This document shows, piece after piece, positions 19,473-32,500 of a DNA stretch of 64,000 nucleotides. Where the stretch lies: the sequence record NC_070936.1, one strand, 5' to 3'. The notes beneath the pieces were generated by a model, which ran no database searches, was not told where the DNA came from, and saw only the letters and a list, made by a program, of their open reading frames with translations. The translations under genes and the position numbers were made by a program. How positions within the stretch are numbered: the stretch's first letter is position 1; the number at the start of each line of letters is the position of its first letter.

Positions 19473-19661
19473 TTATGACTTTATTTTGAAAACAACTGAA
19501 CCCTTATAGATAGTTCCATCTGGGTGTTCAACATAAGTATATTGAACAGAAGGACTTTCTATATTGTTGGTTGTCAAATCTGGTCTAGAGACACCTTCAT
19601 AGAAAGCTTTGAATGGTATCTGTCCAGTTTGACCTTGTAGAATATCTATCTTCTTGGCCAT
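19473..19661 (-). CDS. 62-aa partial Ig-like repeat protein (chain member D)
   Basis: AAGGT RBS; KKIDILQGQTGQIPFKAFYEG aligns without gaps to repeat starts such as NKLETAVGEQNTLKVRPIYKD. Confidence 0.65.
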   Translation of the reverse strand: MAKKIDILQGQTGQIPFKAFYEGVSRPDLTTNNIESPSVQYTYVEHPDGTIYKGSVVFKIKS

Positions 19662-19685
19662 TACAATATTACCTTATTATAGTTA

Positions 19686-19697
19686 GGACATAGAATC
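19686..19697 (-). promoter_or_regulatory. putative late promoter (GATTCTATGTCC)
   Basis: Identical 12-mer at 39662-39673; both just downstream of a terminator and upstream of a - strand gene; contains TATG, the phiKZ late core. Confidence 0.5.
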
Positions 19698-19713
19698 CTT
19701 TAAACAAAATAAA

Positions 19714-19743
19714 GAGTATCTACCCCTGGTGGGGTAGATACTC
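19714..19743 (-). terminator. intrinsic terminator
   Basis: GAGTATCTACCCC-TGGT-GGGGTAGATACTC; T tract follows on the - strand. Confidence 0.8.
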
Positions 19744-19754
19744 AATGATGAAGT

Positions 19755-21923
19755 TTATAAAATTTCTACTTTAAATCGGTCAGTAGGGATACCTTTACTA
19801 TTAGCTTTTGTTTCTAAATCAACAGAAGCTTTAAGTGCGAAATCTGTTTCATTGTATTTAACATTGAAAGTCAATTCTGCTGTATCTGTGATGACATCTT
19901 TTTCATCAGCAGTCACAGATTTGAATGCCCACTTACCGTCTTCAGTTTGAATAAATTCAAAGTCAGCTTTGATAGCTTCAGCATTATCACAAACTACAGA
20001 AGTTACATTAGCAGTAACATCTTCACCACCTACCTTTATTGTATAAACTAAAGGCGCAACGTCCCAAAGTTCCATTGTGTATTTGGTTGTTAGATCGGTG
20101 ATTCTTGGTTTGGTTGGTGCAGTAACATCAAGCTCTGCGGAGACACCTGTCCAAGACATAGGGAACCCATTATAATCTTCAGTGAGTTCAAACTCTATGC
20201 TGGCTTTGGAGTTCTCTTTATTGGATCTCACCTTACCTTTAAATACCAGACCTGTTTCATCTGTGGCAACAAAGTTATCAATAATGGTAACATCTGTCGG
20301 AGTAGCAGAAGTAATATCAACTTTAATAGCTGATGGTTCTGTTGCACCCAAAGTACGTAATTGAAGGAATCTCAATTCAACATCAGTTTGATCGTAAGGT
20401 TCTAACTTATTAGGAGTTAGTTGTGCAGTAACTGGTGTACCTGGATTACTATACGACTTAACTGGTATTTCAAATAAAGGCTCATCTTTATCTGGATAAC
20501 CCAGAACCATTGTGATATTAAATACACCTTTATTGTAAGAGGTCGTGACAACAACACCATAGTCACCAGGCTCAGCGCCAGGTTGAATATTGTTGCTATA
20601 TCCATTTATGACAGCATTTGGAGCTTTAACCTTAAGGCTCTTGAATACTAATCCAGATACTGGTTGACCAGCGGCATCTTTAACACTGAATGAAATCTCA
20701 TTCCGACCCATTGGGTTGATATCGGAATCCTGAGTTTTCCATTCCACACTGGCTGTTGGTTCAGACATGGAAATGACTTTCTGAACAAACTCCCCAACTT
20801 GTGTTTGATATTTGATATCAACTTGTTGAGTGAGTTCTACATCAGCACCAGTTTTATTTTCTTTAGTGATTTCCCAGGTAATTTCAGTGGCTGTTTTGCC
20901 AACCAACTTAATGATAGACTCGTCAGCAACAGTTACTTCCAAATCTTCATTAGATACTGCAACCCCATCATACTCTACGGACAGTTTAACTGAATGAGTA
21001 GAACCTTGCAGACCTTTTATTTCCTGTGGGATTTCTTTAATGGCAAGACCGCCAATATAAACCGAACCAGGTAAAGTGGTGGTTACTATGTTAACATTCT
21101 CAACAACACCTTCAGTGTCATCACCGATAACTATAGTAACGTCACCAGTGCCAGCCTGAGGCTTACTGTTAAGAACAATAGTTAGTGCATCCACATTGTT
21201 TACGATGCTGTCACCAAATGTGAATGGACCACCATTAGAGGACTCAGAACGCAATTTAAGAGCTTTAGCTGGTTCAGGTAGACCTTTGTACCAAACATTA
21301 AATACGGTGGTGGTAGTGCCTCCTATAGGGGCTTTACACTCGGTAGCTGTGGTTGTTGCTTTAAGAGCTACACCGTCATAAGGTTCGGCGTTAATGGTCC
21401 CTTCAAAAGTTTTAACCGTTTGGTCAGGATCATATTCAGCAGGTAACTTATAAGTCCAGTTTGCTTTGAAAGCTTTGGCTTCAGCAAAGCTAGCATCAGA
21501 CACGATATACCACTTGGTATTATCCCAAGGTCCCAATTGAATATTGGCAGTAGGAGTTAGTTTAACATCTACCAACTGACTAGTGATATCCTGACCATTG
21601 GCCATTACTTTAAATGGCAATGTCGTTCCACTATCCCATACCTTAGAACTAATAGGTGTGTCAACAGTCTCTAGTACCAATTTAGCTTTCTGCTTTAATG
21701 ATAGAGGGACTGTTAACTTGTACTTGTCTTTATATATGAATGTGAGGTTTGGTGTGTGAGTGGTATCCTGGGCAACTTCGCCCAGGAATTTATAGGTAAT
21801 AGAATCAGCGGTCTTACTCTCGATTTCAACTTTAGAAGTATCGTCGAGAGTAATAACCATTTCTGGATCTAAGTTACTCAACACCTCCCCATCAACAGCC
21901 ATTGCGTTTCTAACTGTTGCCAT
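19755..21923 (-). CDS. Ig-like repeat virion/fibre protein (chain member C, 722 aa)
   Basis: Repeats such as KVWDSGTTLPFKVMANGQDIT and ELWDVAPLVYTIKVGGEDVT; TAAGGA RBS. Confidence 0.75.
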   Translation of the reverse strand: MATVRNAMAVDGEVLSNLDPEMVITLDDTSKVEIESKTADSITYKFLGEVAQDTTHTPNLTFIYKDKYKLTVPLSLKQKAKLVLETVDTPISSKVWDSGTTLPFKVMANGQDITSQLVDVKLTPTANIQLGPWDNTKWYIVSDASFAEAKAFKANWTYKLPAEYDPDQTVKTFEGTINAEPYDGVALKATTTATECKAPIGGTTTTVFNVWYKGLPEPAKALKLRSESSNGGPFTFGDSIVNNVDALTIVLNSKPQAGTGDVTIVIGDDTEGVVENVNIVTTTLPGSVYIGGLAIKEIPQEIKGLQGSTHSVKLSVEYDGVAVSNEDLEVTVADESIIKLVGKTATEITWEITKENKTGADVELTQQVDIKYQTQVGEFVQKVISMSEPTASVEWKTQDSDINPMGRNEISFSVKDAAGQPVSGLVFKSLKVKAPNAVINGYSNNIQPGAEPGDYGVVVTTSYNKGVFNITMVLGYPDKDEPLFEIPVKSYSNPGTPVTAQLTPNKLEPYDQTDVELRFLQLRTLGATEPSAIKVDITSATPTDVTIIDNFVATDETGLVFKGKVRSNKENSKASIEFELTEDYNGFPMSWTGVSAELDVTAPTKPRITDLTTKYTMELWDVAPLVYTIKVGGEDVTANVTSVVCDNAEAIKADFEFIQTEDGKWAFKSVTADEKDVITDTAELTFNVKYNETDFALKASVDLETKANSKGIPTDRFKVEIL

Positions 21924-21937
21924 GGGTATTTCTATCC

Positions 21938-24900
21938 TTATTTAGTTGGGTTCTTAACTGCTTGAGTTAGTACGATAGTATCGGTACCTTCACCACTAGT
22001 TTGGAATCCATCGACCATTTCTAATTTTTCATAGAAAGGTACGTGTTGGAAACTAAAGCTAGTATTCGCAGTTTGTTTGACATTCTTAGGATCAACATAA
22101 GTGATTGTCAAACCAACATTGTTTCCAATGTAAGTAACATCGGTATCTTCGGTGAATCTCAGTTTCAAACCATTTTTGGTGATTGAACCAGGAACTATTT
22201 CAATACGCGGATCCGTAGGTTTAGAAATAGTCACTTTAGGATCATTCAATGCAACCTGCTTATCATTATAATAAGCAATTATTTCCATTGGCATTTCGTC
22301 ACCAAGCTTACCGGTAACGCGCCCAGGAACTGTATCTGAAACAATGAATGGTTTATTGGAATCAACCAAGGTCAGTCTGAATCTTGCAGGACCACCATTG
22401 ACGTTAGTAATGATCTCGTTATTAGGAGTGCCTTTCAGTTTGAGGTTAACAATGACTTCTGTATAAGCGACACCAACTTTAGCAAAATCAAATCGCATTG
22501 TGCTTCTGCCTGATGCATTATCATAAGTCATAGCACCACTAGGAGTGCAGTAACCACTACCAACTGGCATACTAACGAAATCTAAAGCCCCTACTGGAAC
22601 GCCTCTCAGCTTACCTGAGAATTGCATACTGGAGAACCCGCCAGAATACATGATCCATTCGCCGCTCTCACCTCTGTAGTTAGGAGGGACTTCTGCGGTC
22701 AATACCAGTTCTTTACCATCATACTCATTAATGGTAAATGGAACTTCAACATTAACTTCTGGCGTATCTGCGGCGTACTTATAAGTATAAGAAACATTTT
22801 GTTTAGTTGTAGGGATAGCCTTATCAGAGATAATCTGATAACCGCCCTTAAGACCATTATGTTTAACCAAACTGGTCTCAACAAAACTAATTGCATTTAC
22901 ACTAGAGGTAACGTCTTTATCACCCAACATGAATTTAAGTGGTGGGTTGGCGGTACTGAACCAAACATCAACTTTAGGTTCCAATACTGTTACAACTAAG
23001 GCACCGGTTAAAGTAACATTAATAGTAGTTTCTGTTTTGAGACCTTTGGAACTGACTTGGACCTTAACAGGAACTACCTGGTCATAAGGAACTTCCTTAT
23101 CAATTTGAACGACCATTGTATCTGCAGTTACTGAAACCTTACTAATGGTATCAGCTGGATCGAAGGACCATGCTACAGAACTATCATCAAACTTAAAGTT
23201 AGTTTCACCATTGGTTAGGGAACCAGTTAAGGTAATCCGATCGCCCTTCTTACCAGAGATATCAGTAGGTGTCAAATCAAGTTTGAAATTACTCGAATCT
23301 ATAACACCATAGATAGGTTCCAATGGTACCTGGTTTTCAGTTGTTCCATCAGATAAGAAGAAGGTGACAAAGCCCTTACCTTCATGCCCACCACCGACCA
23401 CCACCACACTATAAACCCCATCACCGATCTCTTTGAAGTCCTTAGCAGACGCGGGGGCACCACCTGTTGCAATTCCGCCTTTAGATACCACAACACCAGT
23501 AACTGGCTTACCGGTTAGGGTAACTTTGAACTTCATCTCAGTTTCAGCACCTTCAACACCATTGAATTCGGTATCGATTGGTTCAGCAATCAATGTGGCT
23601 TTAGGTATTGCCAATCCATCTGCTATTACTGGTATTCCAGTAACTCCCTTAGCTGTTATCCCACCTCTAACATAGACATTTCCACTTACAGTGGTTGCGG
23701 TGAATTTAATTATTAGATATTTATTGTCGTTGGGATCCACGGAAACAGAGAACTCTTTGGTCGTATCGATACAGTTCTCAGGAACTGGGACCAGTTTACC
23801 AGTGAGTAGTTTCATATCCTCTAACAGCGTTCCGTTATTAGATACTCTACATCTGATAGTATTTTCTATACCTGGTTTAACTTCACCAGGTTGGTATAGT
23901 GTTAGCAAAGGAGCTTCGGTGGAGGTTGTTGGGTTTACCCAGAAATTATTTCTAGTTACACATTTATATTGATCATTCACCCCACCTTCTTTATACAACA
24001 TCGCCCATGGTGAGTAGTACTGATGGTTGGTATCAGTGATATTCAATCTTGGTTTAGTGATTCTGACATATAAGGTGGTATCATCTCCACCTATGTAACT
24101 AAAGGCATTTGCTTTAATGGAAGGGCTACTGATATTATTACCATTATCAAGGAAATAAACTGATAAGTTATAGTCATTTAAAGATATTCTTTCACCATTA
24201 ATATAGACATAAACTTCAGCTGTCCCGGAGCTTCCAACAAATGCACCCAATGCCCCATAAGGTCCACCGACTTTTTCTATGGTTCCATAAAGAGCTAAAT
24301 AGTCTCCATTGGAGAATAGCTTGGCATTTAGATGAACTACATCTATATTTTCATTAGCCCCTGGAGAATCCTTAAGTTTATACCCTATCCCATTAACAGT
24401 AGTAATAGGGTTATATACATCTTTAGACCCGTTAACTACAGTTGCCTTGATAGTAATCGTAAGCTCGGTATTATCTTCGGATGGTGTTAACTTAGTTACT
24501 ATAAATCCTGGATTAGTGGGAAGGATAACTTCTATCCTATCTGCAATTGGTTCTTTCTTATATTTAGGTTTAATTACATAAGTGGTTTCTTTTAGAGGGC
24601 TAGCCCCAATGATTCCATCTGTTTCAATTTCTAGGGCTTTACCACTCCAAGCCGCTATTCGATAAGTACCATAGGCTACTTTAGGTTTCCAGTTGCCACC
24701 AACATTAACTTCAAAAGTAAAGAATGTGGATTTACTAGCTCCCGCATTTGGAGCTGTGTCCACAGTCCATTTAGTTGGGTCTTCTGGGTCGACAATGATA
24801 TATTCATTGGGGATCAGTTTAACATTTCTAATCTCACTGGTTACATCTGTCCCGGCCAGAACGACACTAAATGGTACAGCGTCCAGTTGATCCCAGACTT

Positions 24901-26557
24901 TAACATCAATAGTCTTAGGTGTGATTACAACAAGATCATTACCACTAATAAGTAGCTTCTTGTTATATTTGTAAACACGATTCTCAGGAGCAGGTCCCGT
25001 GATATCCGCAGTTACAAGTATCTCACCATTATTACCATTGGTGATGGCATTGATGACAAAACTACCATCGAGATTTTTAGATGGAGCAGAGGCACTAGTT
25101 AATGGTCCAGTTGCTTTAAAGTTAGAAATAGTGTTGCCGGAGAACTTGTTTTCACCTTGTTCCTTGATACCGATGATGACATAGTTATCACCTTTATTAT
25201 TCAACTTCTCAAATGGCATTGCATAAGAATCATAACTACCTTCTGGAACAGGAATAGAGAGTTCTTGGCAAGCGACCGGAGTGACGCCATAGATAGGACC
25301 GTTGTAGTACCTTGGACAACCCAGCACGCCACTGGCTATAACCAATTTTTGTTCAACACCAGTGGTAGTTATTTCCTGGATATATCTATTTAGTTGATCT
25401 GGGGTTAACCCAGTTATATCAATTGTGGTTATTGTAGTGTTATTAGAAGCCACACGTAATGAGGCAAATCCAGAAATAAATTTAGCACCTTCAGTGATCC
25501 AATAAGACCAATTCACCCCAGCTGCAATGGAAGCTGTAAACATGGCCTTTTGTAGAGAATTGGGAACTAGATCTTTGATCGATGTTAACAGAATGGCTTT
25601 GGGTTCCTGACCAACATCCAATAATGCAACCCCACCATAATCGTAAGTCTGACCAGCTCTACCAAATCTCCATGTGAATCCCAATGATTCGTCAGATGCA
25701 ACTGGACTATCATTAGTTATTACATATCCAATGTACTCTGGTGTAACTTCCGTAATTGAAAATTTAGATGCACCCTTTTGCTTTTTAACTGCTATGTTGA
25801 CTGGACTTATTGTTATACCTTGAGTGTTGAGTGGCGTTATAACCCCACTTAAAGTGATAATGGGATATAATCTACCTTTAGCGTCTTTAGGTCCTTTCGG
25901 GTTACTATCAAACCCGGTTGGGAAAGTCACAAAGAACCCACTCTTAAAAGTCATAAGAATATTAATAGCCGCCCAACCATCACCTTCTTTGGTACTGTCA
26001 TCAGCTTCATTTCTCAATATTCTTATTCTGACAGTTTCACCCAGAGCTTCTGCAGTTGGAGTATAGTAGACTCTGACTGTTAAATTATCAGGGAGTTTCT
26101 CTTGTTTATTAAACTCGGCCTTGCCGTTGAACTCATTAGATCCTGACAGGAACTGAAATTTTGTATTACTTAAAGGCTGACCTTGATATTTGGCTTGAAT
26201 ATCAAAGTAGCTTTGCTGGTTGGGAACACCAGTAATAATTCTACCATTATTGGTAATGATTGTTGCTTCTAACGTACCTTTTGGATACGCCTTTATATTG
26301 ACCTTACTCTCTGCTTCCAGGGAGTAGGTCTGTCCTAAGTCTTCGACGTCAAACTTGAATACTGCGTCGACCAAGGTATCTTTATCTTGGTCGGCATTAA
26401 TTACTGTGAAAGTATCGTTATCATTAGCTTTGAAGAAGGGGACCGGAGTCCCCCCTTTTACATCAACTTCTTTTAACTTGATATTCTCAGTAATGTCAGT
26501 ACCAGTTTGGACGCTTCTAACCCTGAATGGAACTACAGCTGACTGTTTGTTATCCAC
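21938..26557 (-). CDS. large Ig-like repeat virion/fibre protein (chain member B, 1539 aa)
   Basis: VKVWDQLDAVPFSVVLAGTDVT-type repeats; GTG start with AAGGA RBS. Confidence 0.75.
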   Translation of the reverse strand: MDNKQSAVVPFRVRSVQTGTDITENIKLKEVDVKGGTPVPFFKANDNDTFTVINADQDKDTLVDAVFKFDVEDLGQTYSLEAESKVNIKAYPKGTLEATIITNNGRIITGVPNQQSYFDIQAKYQGQPLSNTKFQFLSGSNEFNGKAEFNKQEKLPDNLTVRVYYTPTAEALGETVRIRILRNEADDSTKEGDGWAAINILMTFKSGFFVTFPTGFDSNPKGPKDAKGRLYPIITLSGVITPLNTQGITISPVNIAVKKQKGASKFSITEVTPEYIGYVITNDSPVASDESLGFTWRFGRAGQTYDYGGVALLDVGQEPKAILLTSIKDLVPNSLQKAMFTASIAAGVNWSYWITEGAKFISGFASLRVASNNTTITTIDITGLTPDQLNRYIQEITTTGVEQKLVIASGVLGCPRYYNGPIYGVTPVACQELSIPVPEGSYDSYAMPFEKLNNKGDNYVIIGIKEQGENKFSGNTISNFKATGPLTSASAPSKNLDGSFVINAITNGNNGEILVTADITGPAPENRVYKYNKKLLISGNDLVVITPKTIDVKVWDQLDAVPFSVVLAGTDVTSEIRNVKLIPNEYIIVDPEDPTKWTVDTAPNAGASKSTFFTFEVNVGGNWKPKVAYGTYRIAAWSGKALEIETDGIIGASPLKETTYVIKPKYKKEPIADRIEVILPTNPGFIVTKLTPSEDNTELTITIKATVVNGSKDVYNPITTVNGIGYKLKDSPGANENIDVVHLNAKLFSNGDYLALYGTIEKVGGPYGALGAFVGSSGTAEVYVYINGERISLNDYNLSVYFLDNGNNISSPSIKANAFSYIGGDDTTLYVRITKPRLNITDTNHQYYSPWAMLYKEGGVNDQYKCVTRNNFWVNPTTSTEAPLLTLYQPGEVKPGIENTIRCRVSNNGTLLEDMKLLTGKLVPVPENCIDTTKEFSVSVDPNDNKYLIIKFTATTVSGNVYVRGGITAKGVTGIPVIADGLAIPKATLIAEPIDTEFNGVEGAETEMKFKVTLTGKPVTGVVVSKGGIATGGAPASAKDFKEIGDGVYSVVVVGGGHEGKGFVTFFLSDGTTENQVPLEPIYGVIDSSNFKLDLTPTDISGKKGDRITLTGSLTNGETNFKFDDSSVAWSFDPADTISKVSVTADTMVVQIDKEVPYDQVVPVKVQVSSKGLKTETTINVTLTGALVVTVLEPKVDVWFSTANPPLKFMLGDKDVTSSVNAISFVETSLVKHNGLKGGYQIISDKAIPTTKQNVSYTYKYAADTPEVNVEVPFTINEYDGKELVLTAEVPPNYRGESGEWIMYSGGFSSMQFSGKLRGVPVGALDFVSMPVGSGYCTPSGAMTYDNASGRSTMRFDFAKVGVAYTEVIVNLKLKGTPNNEIITNVNGGPARFRLTLVDSNKPFIVSDTVPGRVTGKLGDEMPMEIIAYYNDKQVALNDPKVTISKPTDPRIEIVPGSITKNGLKLRFTEDTDVTYIGNNVGLTITYVDPKNVKQTANTSFSFQHVPFYEKLEMVDGFQTSGEGTDTIVLTQAVKNPTK

Positions 26558-26578
26558 GGTTATTGGTCCTTATCAGTA

Positions 26579-29500
26579 TTAACGAGGAGAAATGACTTTG
26601 AATGGTGCAGCGTAAGACTTGCTGTATTCAACGTCTATCTGTGTGATATCGGTCACATATGGCGTAGTCGGAGAAGCTGACTGCGTTAACGTGATGTCTA
26701 CAATATATTCACTTCTTCCTTTATAAGTGAACTTCAACTTGAACTTATGAATAACTTCTTCAGTAGAGTCGTTAGTGAATTTGTATCCGATAGTCTTATC
26801 ACTGAGAGTCCCGATGGTAACTGCTGGGTAATCAACGATTTGAATAATCAAATTCTCATCGGTGTTAGCCAATGCGGTCGAACCAAGGAGCACACTCTGA
26901 ATAAGAGTAGGTAACTCATAGTAGTTACCAGTTCCAGTAGTTTGGAAACCACTAGCCGGAGTGAGTTCCGTAGGTAGGATTTCAACCTTAGGTCTCAGGT
27001 CAATATAGTCAGAACCAATGTTACCGTTACCAGTATCATGGACAGACTTCAATCTGATCTTCAGGTCTCCATTACCAACATTCCCACCTGTTACTTTAAT
27101 TACTAAAGTCCCATCGCTACCTGGGCTCATGTTACCAAAGGTAATCAATCCAGCAGGAATAGAAATACTGCTTGACTTATCGAAAGTAACATTACCAACT
27201 AAAGGCTCGCCAGAGTAATCGCCTTTGATAGTGATGAATCCTTGTTCACCTGTCATCAGGATTACGTCATCAGCCGTTGCATTAATCTCTTTTCCGTTAT
27301 AACCATAAACAGTGAAAGTAACTTCTTGTTTGATGGTAAATGTAACGTTGTCCAGAGTAATATCAACTTCGAAGGTAGGCATTACTTTAGTAGTCTGAAC
27401 ATCAGCGTGACTAATTACCCATCCTTTATCTTTGATGCTCACGTATGAGTTATCAGAGATTCTCACGGCAGAAATCTGATCAGTTACATCATTACCTTTC
27501 CAATCCAATTTGAATGGCAGAGGTCCGCTCTCATTAATATGAGCAGTGATTTCTGATGTCAGATTAGTTACAGTTGGTTTAGGAACCGTAGATACCTGAG
27601 TAACTTTGAATGGTATTTTCAACTGACGGTCTGGCGGAATGTTAGTATCTTTATTCCAAGCCGCTACCACATCTGAGGTAAGTTCCCCAACATCAATGTC
27701 ATTAGCGAACTTAAACTGGAAGTATCCACCTGCGATGTAAGTTGTCGTCACAACGTTAGGTGTAAATACTGCCCTGTTAAAGTCTGTGGATAGGATACGA
27801 GCTTCATCAATGCCTTTCCTGTACTTGACATCCATTCTCATCACAGGCCCGCCAAACTGACCAGTAAACTCTTCTGGGTCGGCAGAGATCAGATAATAGC
27901 CATCGACATAGTACGTTTGAACTGGAACTTTCACATAAGTGAAATCCACGCCTTCCACTGCATCAGGGAGATACATTCTGGATTTAAGACCAACACAGAG
28001 GTAACCTTCTTGAGGTTCCTTCATATCAGTCGCTAGCGCTTGCCAGTTAAAGTAAATGTTTTTGGAGTTATTATCAGGACCTTGGTTATAGATGTTTTCA
28101 GCAAACCCTGGGAGCTTAGAACGAGCGGAGTCTATTTCAAATAGGCTATAATCGCTAATAGCTACTTTACGATATTCGCCTGAAACAGTACCGCGGAATA
28201 TAGCATTCGTTTGACCCATTATCCCGTTATTAAACTGGCTAGGGTTATTAAACTTAAAGCTCAGGGCTTGACCATCATACCCTTCGATGTTGAATACAAC
28301 ATCCTGTTCAATTTCCCAAACACGAGGACCCTGAACGACCGTAACAATAAATGTACCAGTCTTGGTAGTTGCTTCAGGTTCACCATCAATAACAGTATAG
28401 CCATCAGTGAGTTTAGGACCCATCTCCAACCAATCTTTATCTTTATCAGCTGCTTTGATATTAGTAACTGAAGAAGTATCGGCCGGATAATCCACACCAT
28501 CAATAGCTAGTTTAAATGGCAGACCTGTGTTCTTTTTCCAAACGCTCGTGTTAACTTCTTGAACATCTGTAACTGTAAGAACTGGATCTGTCGCACCTTC
28601 TTTAGCTTTGAAGATGATAGGTTGATCGTAACTAAAGGTATACTCTTTATTGTTGTTAGGGTTTTTGAATCTGATATTAAAAGTGAAGTAACTTGTAACA
28701 TCAGTAGCGCCAGGTTTAACAGCAGCTGGACTAATTTTGTAAGACTTAGCGGTCCAGTTGAATCGATTAGTCCCCTGAACATTAGATGCCCCAAAGAGTG
28801 TTGCGATACCTAGGTCGTGTGTTAGACCAACCGAGATAACTTCATTGGTTAGGTTGAGATTAACAGCAAGAGCACCCCAAACTAAATCGCACGGGACATC
28901 GACCACTGTCGTACTTCCGGCAGGGACAATGATAGGCTCAGGTACGAATCCTTCCCTGAAGGTAATTTTATCTTCGAACATATTCCAGATAACTGGCATG
29001 TTATCGAAGTTTTTACCAGGAGTGCCGGCAGGGTAACCGTTAGGTCCATTAGCCTCAGTACCATTATACTGTAATGGGACTTTACCTTTGTATTTACCCA
29101 ACTTGTCAGGTATCACCCTAACACTCACCTCATTGGCATTACTACCACCGCCAGAAGTCCAATGTATGGCTGTTGGATCTTCCGACTCAATACGGTTGAT
29201 TGTTGAATATCCAGACCGGTTTGTTCCAATAGGGTATGTTTTATTTTTCAACATTGCCCTAAAGAAGAAAGTGTAGAAGTTATTAGTGAAAGGTATGTTG
29301 ATAACGAAGCCATCACCTTCTTCCGTAATAACTGGTGCACTAACACCATTCTTGTTTACCGGTTCGCCCCAGAACTCAATCCCATCCCAAGCTGAGATAT
29401 TAACAGTTATCTTACCAGTAAGAACAACATTACCAGTAGATGCAGGAGTCGAGTATGTGAATTCTACTTCTACCGTCTTAGGTGTTGGGTCCGCATTTAT

Positions 29501-32500
29501 ACACTGTACAGTTGCACTTGGACCAGCTTCAAAGTAATTTGAACTGATCGCAGTGATACTACATTGTGTAGTAATATCGGTTTCACCACTAAAGACTTTG
29601 AATGGAGTGAATTTACCCCAAATATCGACATCCACAGGGTCGGTATTAGGTTCTAATCTCGGACCTTGGAAAGCCTTAAGTTGAACCTTACCACGTTGGT
29701 GCAGGTCATTGGTTCCATCATAACCCACGACATCCCAGACAAAGTTAAATACAGCAAAGAACGAATTAAGCCCTTTGTATTTAACCACCAGTTCATCTCC
29801 ATCAGGTTCGACAGAAAGAACTTCGAAGAAGGCGCTATTCTGAGTTTGTTCTTGATTCAATGTCAGAGCCGTAGTAGGTAAACCGCGGTTAGTCATTTTG
29901 AATCTCAACTCACCTTCTTTATCTTTGGTAAGTTCAAATGGATTCGGCGCGCCGGTACCTTGGATCCATCCAGCATGAGTAGGTCTAGAAGCTACTAGTG
30001 TTGTTAATTCTACATCAGGTATCTGTATCGTGGACCCTCTAAATGGAACCTCAATAACCCATGAAGTTCTAACATTATGGTTTCCGGTATTCCCGATGTA
30101 GTTATCAATACACCACATCCAGTCCTTGTTAGGATTTTCATCATCAGGAATGATGAGAATGCCTTGGGCGTCAGCATCCAATGTTTCCATACTCACTGGA
30201 GTACATTGAGTAGTTAGATCGGTACCGCCAACCATCACTTTAAAGATCTGAGGACCTCTAACCCTGTTGAATGGTTCAACACTAACTCTGATTGGTGTGA
30301 TTACCGGATAATCCGCAGGGACGACAATCTCAAATGGCTGAGTGTATTCACCAGTATGGGTTGTTCCAGTATTTGGGTCTGTATAACTCAAGGAAACTTT
30401 AATTTCCCGTTTACCCAATTCAGCATCGATAGGTGCGATGACCTCATACTGATACTGAGTTTGGTTAGATCCAGTGATCTTAATAATATCATCAGGATCA
30501 AGAGTTATTTTCAAGTCAGGGTTATCAAGTAGTATATTACGACCTCTGAGAGTGACTCTTAAAGGCATGTTACCTTTATCACCATTCCCGCCCTTAAGAC
30601 CAGCATTCCAACCAGTTACCAATAATGGAGGTTGTTTGAAATCCGCACCAATAACCAGACTACACCAATCCAGGAACTCAACACCAGGTTTAGCTCCACC
30701 AGGTCTTCTCAAGATGAGTTTGATATCACCTTTAAATTCCTTAGTAGGAGTTACACTATATCTGGCTCGCGCCTCAGACCCACCACCGATTGGACCAGTG
30801 AACTCAATATCCATCGCGTCACGGAAATCAGTTTCCAAATAGTCAATTATGTCAGTGTTGTTAAAGTTAGGGATTAACTTGTAAACAGTCTGCATATCAA
30901 CAGTTGTTACATCTCCCACTTCCATTACTAGAGGGTAGGTGTTATCAGGATAATGTTCAGGTGGATTTCTGTGCATCCAGAAGGACTCTAAAGTTCTCTG
31001 GTTCCAGGCTGCAATGTTGAACACCACATCAGCTTCACCTTTCCATGTCCAGTTACGGTAGATACCGTTATAGATCATTTTCAGTGTGAGTGACTTATTG
31101 GTCTCATCTGCTTTCACTACCGTAAAGCTACGGAGAGAAACAGTGATGTATCCATTAGGTTGTTCTTCATCTAATTCACAGTTCATCCAACCACTTTCAG
31201 CAGGAGCTGGAAGACTAGATGCTGTCAGTGAGACATCTCCACAAGTCGCCGATCCGATACCGAGGGATTGGGTATCAAACATCTTACATGCAACTGGAGA
31301 ACGAGGAACAACTACTACTGGTGCGGAAGTATACAGTTCAGGTATTTCTACTCTTCTGCTGTAATTATTTCCACCATAAGTATATGTGATGTTAATGAAG
31401 TCAGAAACTGTGATTTCACGTCCTGGGGCCACAACGCCTGCAAGAGAGTAATTGAATGATTCAGATTCCCAACTACCGATGCTGAGAACACCAGCGTTAG
31501 GAGAAGCACCTTCACCTTTCTCTACAGTTACCCGCAGACTACCATTAGCCATTTCCTGTTTAGCATCGATAGGAATCCCACCAAACAGAATCTGGAGTTT
31601 GTACTCTCCAGTGTCTCCGTCCTTACCAGTCAGCAGGTTATCACGATCACCGATCTCAACACCCAACTCACCCATAACTTTAGTCGGAACTTTACCAGTC
31701 CAAACGTCATAAGGAGCTGGATCTGTACCAGCAGCAGGAGACCAGAACACCAGGTCCATTTCCCCAAGCCCGGCTTCAACACCTTCAAAGGTCAATACGA
31801 AATCAACTCCATCCATCGAGCTACTAACGTATTTAACAGATTTAGGGAAAGTACTCAATTCAGGTTTGAATGTCGCACTTGCACCTACTTCCTTATCTTT
31901 GTAAATTGGGCGAACCTTCAGGGTATTTTGTTCACCAACAGCTGTTTCCAATTTATTAGGCGTGACGGTACATTTGAATCTAGTTGTATCCTGAGCACCT
32001 TGGATTCGGAATGTCGCATCAAACTCAAGTGACTGAACTTCTGGAACTTCATCTACCTTATACAGAACCTGCATCTTGATAGTCTTATCGCTCTGAACTT
32101 TCTCAGCGCCGATAATTTCCCAGCCACGTGGTGCGATGAACTCGACCCATTGGTTGTCCGGTTCGTTGGTCTTATAACCCTGAACAGTATTTAAAGGGTT
32201 ATCGCCCATTTTAATACCTTGAGTAAATGACCCACGATCCCAAATCTTACCGTTGATTGGATCGTTGTTCGTGATCTCTACTTTACCCATCTGGATACTA
32301 ACCTGGGTAGAAATCGTTCCTTCTTTAGGCGCAGGAGCACCAACTTCATAGGTGACTTTAATATCTTCAGGATAAACAGTCAAGGCTTCACTGACGTTAG
32401 AACGAATGGCCTGAATAACAACACCATTGCTAACTCCACCCACGATACGAATCGAGTGTGCTTTGCCATTATCTACCAGTTCATATTTCAGCCCTGGTGT

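Noticed and set aside
26558-26581. Stop read-through or ribosomal bypass fusing the 3375-aa and 1539-aa ORFs, which are in frame
   Set aside because: The junction reads TAA TAC TGA TAA, three in-frame stops; B has its own AAGGA RBS; no matched take-off codon next to the stop. The B/C gap of 14 nt is out of frame and C also has an RBS.
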